From: a virus
DNA: 64,000 bases
Reading direction: 5' to 3' (one strand)
IMG/VR virus record: IMGVR_UViG_3300021961_000023
Shown piece after piece: positions 11,001 through 20,606 of this stretch. The position numbers and the translations under genes are program-made. Position 1 is the first letter of the stretch, and each line of letters begins with the position of its first letter. The notes below the pieces were generated by a model, which did no database searches, was not told where the DNA came from, and saw nothing but the letters and a program-made list of their open reading frames with translations.

Positions 11001-13333
11001 ATATTCCTAAGGTTGATGGTATATCAAACTCCGACATGCTCGATATCAGACCAAGAGTTTCTGATTTTACAGTAACTACATCTTCTCTATCCCCATTTGA
11101 GTTTAGAGCAAGGTCAATTGATGCTGTAGGCAACTCTGTTCCTAATATTCTTGCTCCAGATGAACAGATTAATATTGGATATTCTTATTATTTACCAAGA
11201 ATAGATAGACTTTTCTTAACTAAAGACGGAGTTTTTCAACTTAATAGAGGTGCTGCTTCCGAAAATCCACAACTTCCCGCAGCAGTAGAAGATGGTGTTG
11301 AAGTTGCAAGAGCAACACTTCCACCATATGTTTGTAATATTAACGATATTGATATTGATGTATTTGAGTACAAGAGATATCGTATGAGCGATATCAACAA
11401 ACTAGAAAATAGAATTAAAAATCTTGAACTTTATACCTCACTTTCACTTTTAGAAAGTGATACTTCTAATCTGCCAATCAAAGACAAAAATGGATTGATT
11501 AGATTTAAGTCAGGATTCTTTGTGGATGACTTTTCATCTACAAAATCACAAAGAAAAACAACTATTGTTAAAAATAGTATTGATGTTTCTAATGGAGAAC
11601 TAAGACCTGCTCCATATACAACTGAGGTTGATTTACAACTAGGTTCGACATCTGCAATAGGCATCAATGGACCATCAGATCCAACAGTTGATACTGAGTT
11701 TGTAACAGATTTAGTAGGATCTGGAGTTAAAAAAACTGGAAGACTAGTTACGTTAAACTATACAGAAGTTGCAGAAATTCAACAACCTTACGCAACAAGA
11801 ACCGAAAAAGTTTCACCTGTTCGTTCTTCTTATTATGGTGGAACTATAGAACTAACTCCGTCATCTGATGTTTGGGTTGATCAGGTAACCCTTAATGCAA
11901 GAAAGAATGAATATATTGGTGATTTTACAGAAAACCCTGAACAACTTGAAGCCAAAGACAATGATAAGCAAGGAGGATTTGCTCCTATTATTTGGGGAGC
12001 ATGGGATAGAATTTGGTCAGGTATTCAAAAAAATGCTGGCACTGAAAAGATTCTAGAAAATTATGATATTTCAAATAACGTCATTCAAACTTACAATAGA
12101 ACAGGGACAAAATCTACTCAAAGTATTCGTAAGATTGTAAAAGACATTTTCAATGATGTTGCATTAGGTGATGCTTCAATAGGATCTCAAGTTGTCCCAT
12201 ACTTACGTTCGAGAAATATTGAGTTTTCAGCAAGAAGATTAAAGCCATTCACTAGAGTTTATGCCAACTTCGATGGACAAAATATTGACAAGTACATTGT
12301 TCCAAAACTAATACAAATCAATATGATCAGTGGTTCTTTCCAGATTGGAGAAACTGTTGTTGGTCTTATTGGTTCTGGGTTCGATGTTAACGTACCTTAT
12401 ATTAAGTTTAGAGTTGCTCAACCAAATCATAAGTTTGGACCATACAATGCTCCTGTTCAAGTTTATGGTGCAAATCCATATTCTAGAGAAACAACAGTAC
12501 CATCTGCATATTCAACTACTTCAAATATTATTAATGTTGATACTTTTAGTCTATCTCAACAAACCCAAGGATTATTTTATGGATGGATTCGTGCAGGAAT
12601 GACTTTACGTGGACAAACTAGTGGTGCTGAGGCAACTATTTCTAGTGTAAAACTTATAACTGATGCAAAAGGATCTCTGATTGGATCATTCTATATTCCT
12701 GATCCATCAATCACATCTAATCCTGCATTTGAAAGTGGTATTAAACTATTTAAGTTAACCAGTAATAACATAAACTCACAAACTGCGGGTGTGCCTTTAA
12801 CAAGTGCTGAAGAGAAGTTCTATTCTGTTGGATATATTAATCCAACTCAAGAAAATATTACTTCTATTCGTCCTGTAAGATTAGAAACACAAAACACTGT
12901 AGATTTTAGAGTCAACAGTAGTGGTTCTTCTACTGTTATTTCTTCAACTATTTTGGGCAATAATAGTCCATCACAAGTTCCATTAGTTTCTGGTCAAACA
13001 ACACCACAATCTGGATTACAGGGGGCATTAGGGGTAACAGGATCACAAACTAATCAGTTTGTACCTGGAGTTCAAGGAACTTCGACTTTAACTGGATCTG
13101 TAACTCCCATATCTTCTCCACCAGCACCGACAACAGTTGCTCCAAGTAGTGCTCAACCATTAACTGAGTTTTTTAACGTAGTTCAAACTCCAACAACTAC
13201 TACAACAACATTATCTTCAACACCAACACAAACTTCTTCAACTAATGTTCCTACTACTTTTGTAGCACTAAGTGATCCATCTCAAACACTGGGAGCATCA
13301 CAACAGTCAAATGGGTCTGGCAGTGGATACTAA
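8024..13333 (+). CDS. Large virion structural protein (VrlC-like/DUF4815), N-terminal part
   Basis: PYFDDF..KVLFKPGYPVQARELT.LQSILQNQ, APGADR and RFKSGFFVDDF motifs typical of cyanophage VrlC-like proteins; ends in an S/T/P-rich tail. Confidence 0.8.
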   Translation: MPQELNLNVSPYFDDFDKDKDFYKVLFKPGYPVQARELTGLQSILQNQIEQFGNHLFKEGSVVIPGQVSYIDNYYAVEIQSEYLGINVLAYLNSIVGKTIRGENTGVRAYVVGVLKDSDSERGNNTLYVNFLDSDYLTGSYQSFADDEVLLLEEGLFGSNEIDSTKSVVVQPGSGFAVTVPLNCNSIGSAVFLNEGVYFLRGYFVGVRSQTLILDQYSNNPSYRVGLRITEETVNADDDETLVDNAKGFSNYAAPGADRLKITADLVKVPIDQYDVEEFVQLLEIRGGILRSSIQDPQYNILQDSLAKRTYEESGDYYITQPSVAPKESLNNLKGNGGVFLANELTYNSNTPSEDLGTYQISPLKAVVKGYPVETISPTYIDFPKPRTTRSLENQGINYVTGPTYTLNNVYGAPTIGINTNFTVYLMDTRRSGVSSTGKEIGLARVYDFALESGSYNTSHPRLNEWDLALYDVQTYTEITLNQNITLSTPTHVRGKSSGATGFLRYNVSDSKLLTLYNVSGKFVDGEEFIFNGIDNTRISVATTAYGTDQVKSVFATVGTAGTFNADVKPTTLANVGFVTITARSGGISTVTSTDFNFVGIATSGTTVSFTNPGLSTVTFARVTNVTKNSLSIAGVTTVIGICDGALPGVAINPSDFKILSTSFQSSTDNTLYTVLPKKYISKVDIDNSTLIIRRKFTVSIASSQTNTIQAGENETFLPFDEERYILMRDDGTVEPLSADKFKFNASSTNIRIEGLANTDGTATLIATLSKTSISSKKKDVTKVNILNIVYSADSASGIGTTTINDGLIYNSGYPYGTRVQDIDICLLKPDITKVYGIFESDDTSDAELPNILLQNISGANAKTTDLLIGEEFEGLSSGAVGIYCEKLSDTRISYVLLNQELLQEGETIRFKTTGVTATASVLLTGDNNISSNYTFDNGQRSTIYDYGKVIRKDLKVSPTRRLKIVFETASFAASDNGNIITIDSYRDFDYCDIPKVDGISNSDMLDIRPRVSDFTVTTSSLSPFEFRARSIDAVGNSVPNILAPDEQINIGYSYYLPRIDRLFLTKDGVFQLNRGAASENPQLPAAVEDGVEVARATLPPYVCNINDIDIDVFEYKRYRMSDINKLENRIKNLELYTSLSLLESDTSNLPIKDKNGLIRFKSGFFVDDFSSTKSQRKTTIVKNSIDVSNGELRPAPYTTEVDLQLGSTSAIGINGPSDPTVDTEFVTDLVGSGVKKTGRLVTLNYTEVAEIQQPYATRTEKVSPVRSSYYGGTIELTPSSDVWVDQVTLNARKNEYIGDFTENPEQLEAKDNDKQGGFAPIIWGAWDRIWSGIQKNAGTEKILENYDISNNVIQTYNRTGTKSTQSIRKIVKDIFNDVALGDASIGSQVVPYLRSRNIEFSARRLKPFTRVYANFDGQNIDKYIVPKLIQINMISGSFQIGETVVGLIGSGFDVNVPYIKFRVAQPNHKFGPYNAPVQVYGANPYSRETTVPSAYSTTSNIINVDTFSLSQQTQGLFYGWIRAGMTLRGQTSGAEATISSVKLITDAKGSLIGSFYIPDPSITSNPAFESGIKLFKLTSNNINSQTAGVPLTSAEEKFYSVGYINPTQENITSIRPVRLETQNTVDFRVNSSGSSTVISSTILGNNSPSQVPLVSGQTTPQSGLQGALGVTGSQTNQFVPGVQGTSTLTGSVTPISSPPAPTTVAPSSAQPLTEFFNVVQTPTTTTTTLSSTPTQTSSTNVPTTFVALSDPSQTLGASQQSNGSGSGY

Positions 13334-13377
13334 ATAGGTTAGATAGAAAGACACTAACTAGTGATATCTAGACTCCA

Positions 13378-15837
13378 ATGAAACTAATAGACCCATTAGC
13401 ACAATCATTTTACGTTGAATCCGAAAGTGGTATTTTTGTAACTTCGATTGATTTATATTTTTCAGCAAAGGACAATAACCTACCAGTTACTGTTCAACTT
13501 AGACCCATGAAACTGAATGTACCTTCATCTGAAGTGTATCCATTCAGTGAAGTTGTATTGGAGCCTGGACAAATTAATACTTCTGATGATGCTTCTGTTG
13601 CAACAAGAGTTACTTTTAGCTCCCCAGTGTATCTAACTGGTGGAACTTATCACTCGATTTGTATTTTATCAAACTCTAACAACCATAGTGTTTGGGTTTC
13701 TAGACTTGGAGAAGTAGATAAATCATTGAGTTCTGGTGATGAAGCAAGAAACGTATTTGTAACTCAAAATCCTCTTGCAGGAAACTTATTTAAATCTCAA
13801 AATGGATCTTCATGGTATCCAAGCACATATGAAGACTTAAAGTTTATTCTCTATAGAGCAAACTTTGAAAATAACGGAAATATTAACTTCTATAATCCTG
13901 AGTTAACGAGTGGCAATGAAGGAGTAGCAACTTTAATCAAAGATCCACTTATCACTAACTCTAGAAAAGCAAGAGTTGGATTAGGTACTACAGTTAGTGG
14001 AAGTTATGTAACTAGTTTAGTAGTTGGATCAACTATTACACAAAATAATACGAATGCATCTGCAAATCTTGTTGGTTTTGCAGGATCTGCTACTGGCACG
14101 TTAGGTCTAACAAATCCTGGTATTGGTTATTCACCAATATCTGGACAAACTACACACGCTGGTGTACCACTTGTGTCACTGACAGGTAGTGGAATAAATG
14201 CAACCGCAAATATTACAATCAACAATGGTGTTGCTGTAGCAGCAACTATCAATAATGGTGGTTCTGGATATACTCTTGGTGACGTTTTAACTATTAATCA
14301 GATAGGAAACTCAACAATCGGTAGAAATCTAAAACTAACAGTAAGCAATATCTTTGGGCAAAATACTCTGATTCTTGATAATATCCAAGGTGATTTTTCA
14401 GTTGGAGCAGGTAATAGTGTCATCTACACAACTACAACTGGCATAAGTACTATTTTAGTTGGAGCAGCAGTAAGCACAGTTGACTTAGTATCTGATGGTC
14501 TTCATATTAAAGTGAATCACAAGAATCATGGAATGTGTACTTCACATAGTTCTGTTCTTTTATCAAATATTCAACCAGATATTCCCGCAACAAGACTTTT
14601 AGATTCTTATCCAAAAACGAGTACGTCTTCCATTACTATTAGCGACAGTACTAATTTTGGCACATTTGAAAATGTTGGAGTTGGATCAACAAATCCAGGA
14701 TATGCATTGATTGGTGAAGAAATCATTCAATATACTGGAGTTTCAACTAGTTTACTAACTGGAATCACTAGAAATATTGATGATACAGTTTCATACACGT
14801 ACTCCTCAGGAACTGAAATCCGAAAATATGAGTTAGCAGGTGTTTCTTTAAGAAGAATCAATAAAGAACATGATCTAACTGCAGTAACAGTTTCAAATCC
14901 GCTTGATTTAGATTATTATAATATCAAACTTGATATGTCAACTAGTGGAACTGATAGAAGTGTAGGGATAAGTTTTCCAAAGTTATATCTGAATCAAACA
15001 AAGTCAACTGGTGGAAGTAAAGTTACTGCCACACAAAATATTGTATATGAGATCGTAAAACCAATAGTTCAAACATTAAATCTTAGAGGTACTAATATCA
15101 GTGCTTCGATTAGAACTGTTACAGCACATACAGTTGCTGGTGGTGAAACTCCTAATATTGATAGAGGATTTGAAAACATTAGTCTTCAGAAGACTAACTA
15201 CTTAAATTCTCCCAGAATGATTGCATCAAGAGTAAATGAAACTAATGATCTTACTACTCTCCCAGGTAGCAAGTCATTTACTATGAATATGAACTTATCT
15301 ACATCAGATCCTAGGGTATCTCCTGTTATTGATCTTGATAGAGTCAGTGTTGTTTTAAGTTCTAATAGAGTAAATCATCCAATTACCGATTACGCTACAG
15401 ATAAAAGAACTGCTACATTAAGAGAAGATCCGTCTGCATTTGTTTACGCTACAAAACCCATTGCTTTAGAAGTTCCCGCAAACGCTATTAAAGTTTTATT
15501 CTCAGGATACTTAAATCAGTATAGTGACATTCGTGTATTCTATGCGATTCAAGAAGATCCATCGATTGAACCAGTGTATTACCCATTCCCAGGATATCCA
15601 AATATTTCTAGTGATGGAACTGTTAATATTGCAAACAGTAATGGACTTCCTGATGTTAATGTACCAAAAACTGATAAAGTTGGTTTTGAAAGTGAAGAAC
15701 TCATATTCCGTGATTATGAGTTTAGTGCAGATGAGTTACCATCTTTTAGATACTTTAGTATCAAAATCATTGGAACCTCAACTAATGAAGTGTATCCACC
15801 AAGATTAAGAGACCTTAGAATCATTGCTCTTGTTTAA
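13378..15837 (+). CDS. Virion structural protein, C-terminal part of VrlC-like protein
   Basis: Begins with DPLAQSF...FVTSIDLYF, then LFKSQNGSSW...EDLKF, SPVIDL and C-terminal PRLRDLRIIAL; these motifs are usually internal/C-terminal in one VrlC-like ORF. Confidence 0.75.
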   Translation: MKLIDPLAQSFYVESESGIFVTSIDLYFSAKDNNLPVTVQLRPMKLNVPSSEVYPFSEVVLEPGQINTSDDASVATRVTFSSPVYLTGGTYHSICILSNSNNHSVWVSRLGEVDKSLSSGDEARNVFVTQNPLAGNLFKSQNGSSWYPSTYEDLKFILYRANFENNGNINFYNPELTSGNEGVATLIKDPLITNSRKARVGLGTTVSGSYVTSLVVGSTITQNNTNASANLVGFAGSATGTLGLTNPGIGYSPISGQTTHAGVPLVSLTGSGINATANITINNGVAVAATINNGGSGYTLGDVLTINQIGNSTIGRNLKLTVSNIFGQNTLILDNIQGDFSVGAGNSVIYTTTTGISTILVGAAVSTVDLVSDGLHIKVNHKNHGMCTSHSSVLLSNIQPDIPATRLLDSYPKTSTSSITISDSTNFGTFENVGVGSTNPGYALIGEEIIQYTGVSTSLLTGITRNIDDTVSYTYSSGTEIRKYELAGVSLRRINKEHDLTAVTVSNPLDLDYYNIKLDMSTSGTDRSVGISFPKLYLNQTKSTGGSKVTATQNIVYEIVKPIVQTLNLRGTNISASIRTVTAHTVAGGETPNIDRGFENISLQKTNYLNSPRMIASRVNETNDLTTLPGSKSFTMNMNLSTSDPRVSPVIDLDRVSVVLSSNRVNHPITDYATDKRTATLREDPSAFVYATKPIALEVPANAIKVLFSGYLNQYSDIRVFYAIQEDPSIEPVYYPFPGYPNISSDGTVNIANSNGLPDVNVPKTDKVGFESEELIFRDYEFSADELPSFRYFSIKIIGTSTNEVYPPRLRDLRIIALV

Positions 15838-15839
15838 TC

Positions 15840-16064
15840 ATGCAATATACAAAAGTTGAAGGCCATATGAACTTAGTTCGAGATGAAGAAACTAAGGCGG
15901 TGATTAATGTTAGTATAAATGATTATAAAAAATACATTGATCAAAAAGCAGCTAAAGAAAAAGAGATTGAAAAAATTGTATCATTAGAATCTGAAGTTGC
16001 TGATATAAAATCTGATATTGATGAAATAAAAAGTCTTTTACATCAGATTATAACCAGATTATAA
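15840..16064 (+). CDS. Small coiled-coil hypothetical protein
   Basis: ORF tightly packed between structural genes; heptad-rich C-terminus. Confidence 0.75.
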   Translation: MQYTKVEGHMNLVRDEETKAVINVSINDYKKYIDQKAAKEKEIEKIVSLESEVADIKSDIDEIKSLLHQIITRL

Positions 16065-16096
16065 AGGATTATAGATAATATAGGGGGACTCCAAAT

Positions 16097-16936
16097 ATGG
16101 CACAACCATCTACAAGACAAGGATTAATCGATTACTGCAAAAGGCAACTGGGATATCCAGTGCTGGAGATCAACGTTGCTGATGAACAGATTGACGATCT
16201 TGTAGATGATGCGATTCAATATTTTCAAGAAAGACATTTTGATGGGGTTTATCCAACGTTTTTAAAATATCAAATCACTCAAGATGATATTAATAGAGGA
16301 AGAGCACCAAATACTAGTGAATCTGGACTCGTAGGTTTAACAACAAATCATACTGTTGGAGTTACAACTCAGTTTGCTTGGAGAGAAAACTCAAACTATT
16401 TGTACGTACCAGAGTCTGTTATTGGAGTGAATCGAGTTTTTAAATATGATGGTAGTAATAGTATCACTAACAACATGTTTAGTGTTCGCTATCAACTTTT
16501 CCTTAATGATATTTACTATTGGGGATCCACTGAACTTTTGACTTATGCAATGACAAAAACTTATCTTGAGGATTTGGACTTTTTAATCTCTACACAAAAA
16601 CAGTTTAGATTTAATAAAAGACAAGATAAGTTATTTGTTGATGTTGATTGGGGTGCGTTAAATGTTGGTGATTATTTGGTCATTGATTGTTACAGAATCT
16701 TGGACCCAGCGAGCAATACACAAGTTTACAATGATTCATTTTTAAAAAAATATTTAACCTCACTGATTAAAAAACAGTGGGGTCAAAACATGATGAAGTT
16801 CCAAGGAGTAAAGTTACCTGGTGGTGTAGAACTCAATGGTAGACAAATGTATGATGATGCAATAAAAGAGTTGGATGATATTAAAGAAATGATGTCTAGT
16901 ACATATGAACTTCCCCCATTAGACATGATCGGTTGA
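16097..16936 (+). CDS. gp13: Neck protein gp13
   Basis: LIDYCKRQLGYPVLEINV, QWGQNMMKFQGVKLPGGVELNG; synteny. Confidence 0.93.
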   Translation: MAQPSTRQGLIDYCKRQLGYPVLEINVADEQIDDLVDDAIQYFQERHFDGVYPTFLKYQITQDDINRGRAPNTSESGLVGLTTNHTVGVTTQFAWRENSNYLYVPESVIGVNRVFKYDGSNSITNNMFSVRYQLFLNDIYYWGSTELLTYAMTKTYLEDLDFLISTQKQFRFNKRQDKLFVDVDWGALNVGDYLVIDCYRILDPASNTQVYNDSFLKKYLTSLIKKQWGQNMMKFQGVKLPGGVELNGRQMYDDAIKELDDIKEMMSSTYELPPLDMIG

Positions 16937-16940
16937 TATT

Positions 16941-18308
16941 ATGGCACTTAATCCATTTTTTCTCCAGGGATCACCAACTGAACAAGGTCTTGTACAAGAC
17001 TTGATCAATGAACAACTTCGTATGTATGGAGTTGAATGTCATTATCTTCCTAGATCGTATGTGAATCAAAAAACGATAATGGAAGAAGTGACTACATCTA
17101 AGTTCACAAATGCGATCCCTATTGAGGCATACGTAGACACATATGATGGGTATCAAGGTCAAGGTGAACTTTTAACTAAGTTTGGTATTCAACCAATGGA
17201 TGATCTTACCTTGATCATCTCTAAAGAAAGATTTGAACAAAAAGTTCAACCAGTTATTAAAAATGACCCAAGTGGTATTATTTCAACACGTCCTAAAGAA
17301 GGAGATTTAATCCACTTTCCTCTAGGCGATAGACTTTTTGAAATTAAGTTTGTAGAACATGAGCAACCGTTTTATCAACTTCAAAAAACATATACTTATC
17401 AGTTAAAATGTGAGTTATTTCGTTACGAGGATGAAGTTATTGATACTGGAATTGATGAGATTGATGATAATGTAGAAGAAGAAGGTTATATTCAAGAACT
17501 ATATCTCGTTGGAGTTGGTACAACTGCAACTGCTATTACTACTCTCGTTAGCGGTGCAGTTCAGCAGGTATTCATTAACAACGATGGTAATGGATATACA
17601 CTACCACCTCGTGTTGTTTTAGGAAATCCTGTATCTGGTGGTACAACTGCATCTGCAATCGCTATCGCCGCTACTTCTGGTGGAGTTGATCAAGTCCAGT
17701 TTATTAATCCTGGTGCTGGATATACCACTGCTCCTGTTATATTATTCTTCCCAACTTCTGCTGGTGGTGGTGCAGGAGCTGCTGCAACTTGTGGAATTAC
17801 CACTAGTGGAGTTGGTGTGGTAACAGTAACTAATCCTGGAGCTTACTACACGACTACACCAACGATTACTTTTAGCAATCCATCTCCAGGTGCTGGTCAT
17901 ACAAGAGCAACTGCTGTTCCAGTGATGGCAAATGGACAGATTCAAAGTATTCGTTTAACTAATGCTGGTTATGGATATACTCAACCTCCAACTATTACTA
18001 TTTCTGCTCCCAGCACTGCAGGTCTAGGTACTTATATCTTTAATGAAGAGTTAATGGGAATAGCATCTAGTACTCGTGCTCGTGTAAAATCTTGGGATGC
18101 TACAACTGGAATAGTTAAAGTTGGTATTGTAACAGGCAACTTCTCTATAGGAGAAACTATCAGAGGATTGGAATCTGGAGCTGAATATGTCATAAAACTT
18201 CAAGAAAAAGATAATTTAGTAGATCAATATAATCAAAATAAAATCTTAGAATTTGAAGCAGATTCTATTCTTGATTTTACTGAGAGAAATCCATTTGGTG
18301 AAGTTTAA
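16941..18308 (+). CDS. gp14: Neck protein gp14 with inserted GxGYT..P repeats
   Basis: LNPFF..EQGLVQDLINEQLRMYG, RPKEGDLIHFP, FEIKFVEHEQPFYQL, DFTERNPFG. Confidence 0.92.
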   Translation: MALNPFFLQGSPTEQGLVQDLINEQLRMYGVECHYLPRSYVNQKTIMEEVTTSKFTNAIPIEAYVDTYDGYQGQGELLTKFGIQPMDDLTLIISKERFEQKVQPVIKNDPSGIISTRPKEGDLIHFPLGDRLFEIKFVEHEQPFYQLQKTYTYQLKCELFRYEDEVIDTGIDEIDDNVEEEGYIQELYLVGVGTTATAITTLVSGAVQQVFINNDGNGYTLPPRVVLGNPVSGGTTASAIAIAATSGGVDQVQFINPGAGYTTAPVILFFPTSAGGGAGAAATCGITTSGVGVVTVTNPGAYYTTTPTITFSNPSPGAGHTRATAVPVMANGQIQSIRLTNAGYGYTQPPTITISAPSTAGLGTYIFNEELMGIASSTRARVKSWDATTGIVKVGIVTGNFSIGETIRGLESGAEYVIKLQEKDNLVDQYNQNKILEFEADSILDFTERNPFGEV

Positions 18309-18343
18309 ATTTGTTAAATAGTTAGTAATAAACATATTGCATC

Positions 18344-19393
18344 ATGTTTGAATATTTTTATCACCAGATCCTTAGAAAGACTGTTATTTCTTTTGGAACT
18401 CTTTTCAACAACATTTATATTCGTCACACTAATGGTGCGGGACAAGAAGTTAGTGTGATGAAAGTTCCCTTGGCATATGGACCAACCCAAAAGTTTTTAG
18501 CAAGAGTCCAACAATCAGAAAATCTGAATAAACCAGTTCAGTTATCTCTACCAAGGATGTCATTTGAGTTTACAAGTTTAACTTATGATCCAAGTAGAAA
18601 AGTTACTACAACTCAAACATTTCAATCGGTTAAAAGTCTAGGAGATAAGACTGCGGTTAAAAAGGTTTATATGCCAGTTCCATATAATATGGAGTTTGAG
18701 TTGTCAATTATGGCAAAGCAGAATGATGATTGCCTTCAAATCATTGAGCAGATTCTGCCATATTTTCAACCTGCATATACTATGTCAGTAAATCTCATCA
18801 GTGATATTGGTGAAAAAAGAGATATTCCAGTGATTCTTGATAGGATCACTATGAGAGACGACTACGAAGGAGATTTTTCTACGAGAAGAGTTCTCTATTA
18901 TACTTTAACATTTACTGCTAAAACATATCTGTTTGGTCCTGTCAATACCGCGACTGGCATTATTAAAACAGCAACTATTGATTATATGTCAGGAGTTGAT
19001 CCTACACAAGCAAGAAGAGAACAGCGTTATAGTGTTGCTCCTCGGGCCGTTCGTGATTACAATGTTGATCAAACAACCACAGTTGTTGAAGATGTAAATA
19101 AAGTTTCAACTATTATTAGTGTAAGTAGTGTTGCTGGTTTAAGTGAAAGGTCATATATCAATATCAATGGTGAACAAATGAGGATTAATAAAATTGATGG
19201 AACAAATATAGTTGTAGAAAGGGCAAAAGATGGCACAGAAGCTATTGAACATCCCATTGGTTCATACATTAATGTAGTTAATGCTGCAGATACAGAACTC
19301 ATTGAGGTTGGAGATGATTTTGGATTTAATGAAACACTATCATTCTTCCAAGACTTTAAAGAGTACAGTCCTTCTCGTGGTGAGGATATTTAA
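18344..19393 (+). CDS. gp15: Tail sheath stabilizer / completion protein gp15
   Basis: YFYHQILRKTVISFGTLFNNI, KVPLAYGP, LPRMSFE, QIIEQILPYFQP. Confidence 0.93.
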   Translation: MFEYFYHQILRKTVISFGTLFNNIYIRHTNGAGQEVSVMKVPLAYGPTQKFLARVQQSENLNKPVQLSLPRMSFEFTSLTYDPSRKVTTTQTFQSVKSLGDKTAVKKVYMPVPYNMEFELSIMAKQNDDCLQIIEQILPYFQPAYTMSVNLISDIGEKRDIPVILDRITMRDDYEGDFSTRRVLYYTLTFTAKTYLFGPVNTATGIIKTATIDYMSGVDPTQARREQRYSVAPRAVRDYNVDQTTTVVEDVNKVSTIISVSSVAGLSERSYININGEQMRINKIDGTNIVVERAKDGTEAIEHPIGSYINVVNAADTELIEVGDDFGFNETLSFFQDFKEYSPSRGEDI

Positions 19394-19824
19394 TGAAAAC
19401 CGATACTTTTGATGATCTAAATGAAACTTTTAATGTTTCTGCTGAGATTGTACCAAAAGAAATACAATCTGAGATCTCAAATATTATTTCAGAAAAAGAT
19501 TCTAAAAAAACTGATATTCAAAGAGACTATGAATATAGCAGAGGAAATCTATATTCATTGATTGAAAAAGGTCAAGAAGCAATTAATGGCATTCTTGAAC
19601 TTGCTCAAGAAAGTGAAATGCCAAGAGCATATGAAGTCGCTGGACAACTGATTAAAAATGTTTCTGAAGCAACTGAGAAACTAATGGATCTTCAAAAGAA
19701 ACTAAAAGATATTGAAGAGGAAACGGTTCAAAAAGGACCAACAACTGTTAATAATGCCCTTTTTATAGGGTCAACAGCTGATTTACAAAAGTTATTAAAA
19801 TCTAAAGACATAAATAATCAATAA
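19393..19824 (+). CDS. gp16: Terminase small subunit gp16
   Basis: DYEYSRGNLY, PRAYEVAGQLIK, NNALFIGSTADL. Confidence 0.93.
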   Translation: MKTDTFDDLNETFNVSAEIVPKEIQSEISNIISEKDSKKTDIQRDYEYSRGNLYSLIEKGQEAINGILELAQESEMPRAYEVAGQLIKNVSEATEKLMDLQKKLKDIEEETVQKGPTTVNNALFIGSTADLQKLLKSKDINNQ

Positions 19825-19835
19825 AACCTTGAGTT

Positions 19836-20171
19836 ATGACAGCCAGATCTGTTAATCTGACAGTAGAACAGGGAACCAATTTCACAACTACGTTTACTGT
19901 TAAAAACCCAGATGGAACTGTGCTTCCACTAACAGGATATACTGCCACTGCAAAGATGGCAAAACACCCATCTGCTACGGTCGGTATTACTACTTTTACT
20001 ACTAATCTCACAACTGCTTCTGGTAAAGTTACTCTTACTTTACCTAGTGCTACTACATCAAATCTGGCACCTGGTCGATATTATTATGACTGTATTATTG
20101 AATCTAGTGGTGGAACCATTACTAGAATCATTGAGGGTATGATTTTAGTCACTGCAGGATTAGCGTCCTAA
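19836..20171 (+). CDS. Small Ig-like virion protein (BppU-N-like)
   Basis: EQGTNF, LTGYTA, T..L.PGRYYYD, RIIEG..LVT pattern. Confidence 0.65.
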   Translation: MTARSVNLTVEQGTNFTTTFTVKNPDGTVLPLTGYTATAKMAKHPSATVGITTFTTNLTTASGKVTLTLPSATTSNLAPGRYYYDCIIESSGGTITRIIEGMILVTAGLAS

Positions 20172-20180
20172 TAGTCAACT

Positions 20181-20543
20181 ATGGATATCGAAATCACTCT
20201 TGATACCAGTTCACTAGACGTTACTCTTGACAGAGATAGTTCTCTTATTCAAGGTGGCAATCAGTTTGATGCAGTTCTTTCGGAGACAGAAGTGGCAAAC
20301 AGATTTGTAGACTTATCAGATGTTAGTATTAATGAAAATACTTTGAATTCTACAAAAACAAACTACGTGGTTGTCTATAATCATGCGATTGGTCAGTTTG
20401 AACTTGTGGATCCTGATCAAGTTTTAGTTGCAGCAGCATCATCTGTTGGCAACGTTGGATATGTTGGATTGCCAACATCCTTTGTTGACTCTCTTGATCT
20501 TGACCTTGACCAGAAAATCGATTTGGATGCTGGAACTTTTTGA
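20181..20543 (+). CDS. Hypothetical fibre-associated protein
   Basis: DLSDV motif and C-terminal LDAGTF; possible in-frame GTG start at 20292 after GGAG. Confidence 0.6.
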   Translation: MDIEITLDTSSLDVTLDRDSSLIQGGNQFDAVLSETEVANRFVDLSDVSINENTLNSTKTNYVVVYNHAIGQFELVDPDQVLVAAASSVGNVGYVGLPTSFVDSLDLDLDQKIDLDAGTF

Positions 20544-20606
20544 AACTGTATTTATAGTATGCCTACATAATAAAAAGATAAATACTATAAAAGGACACGA
20601 ATAGAA

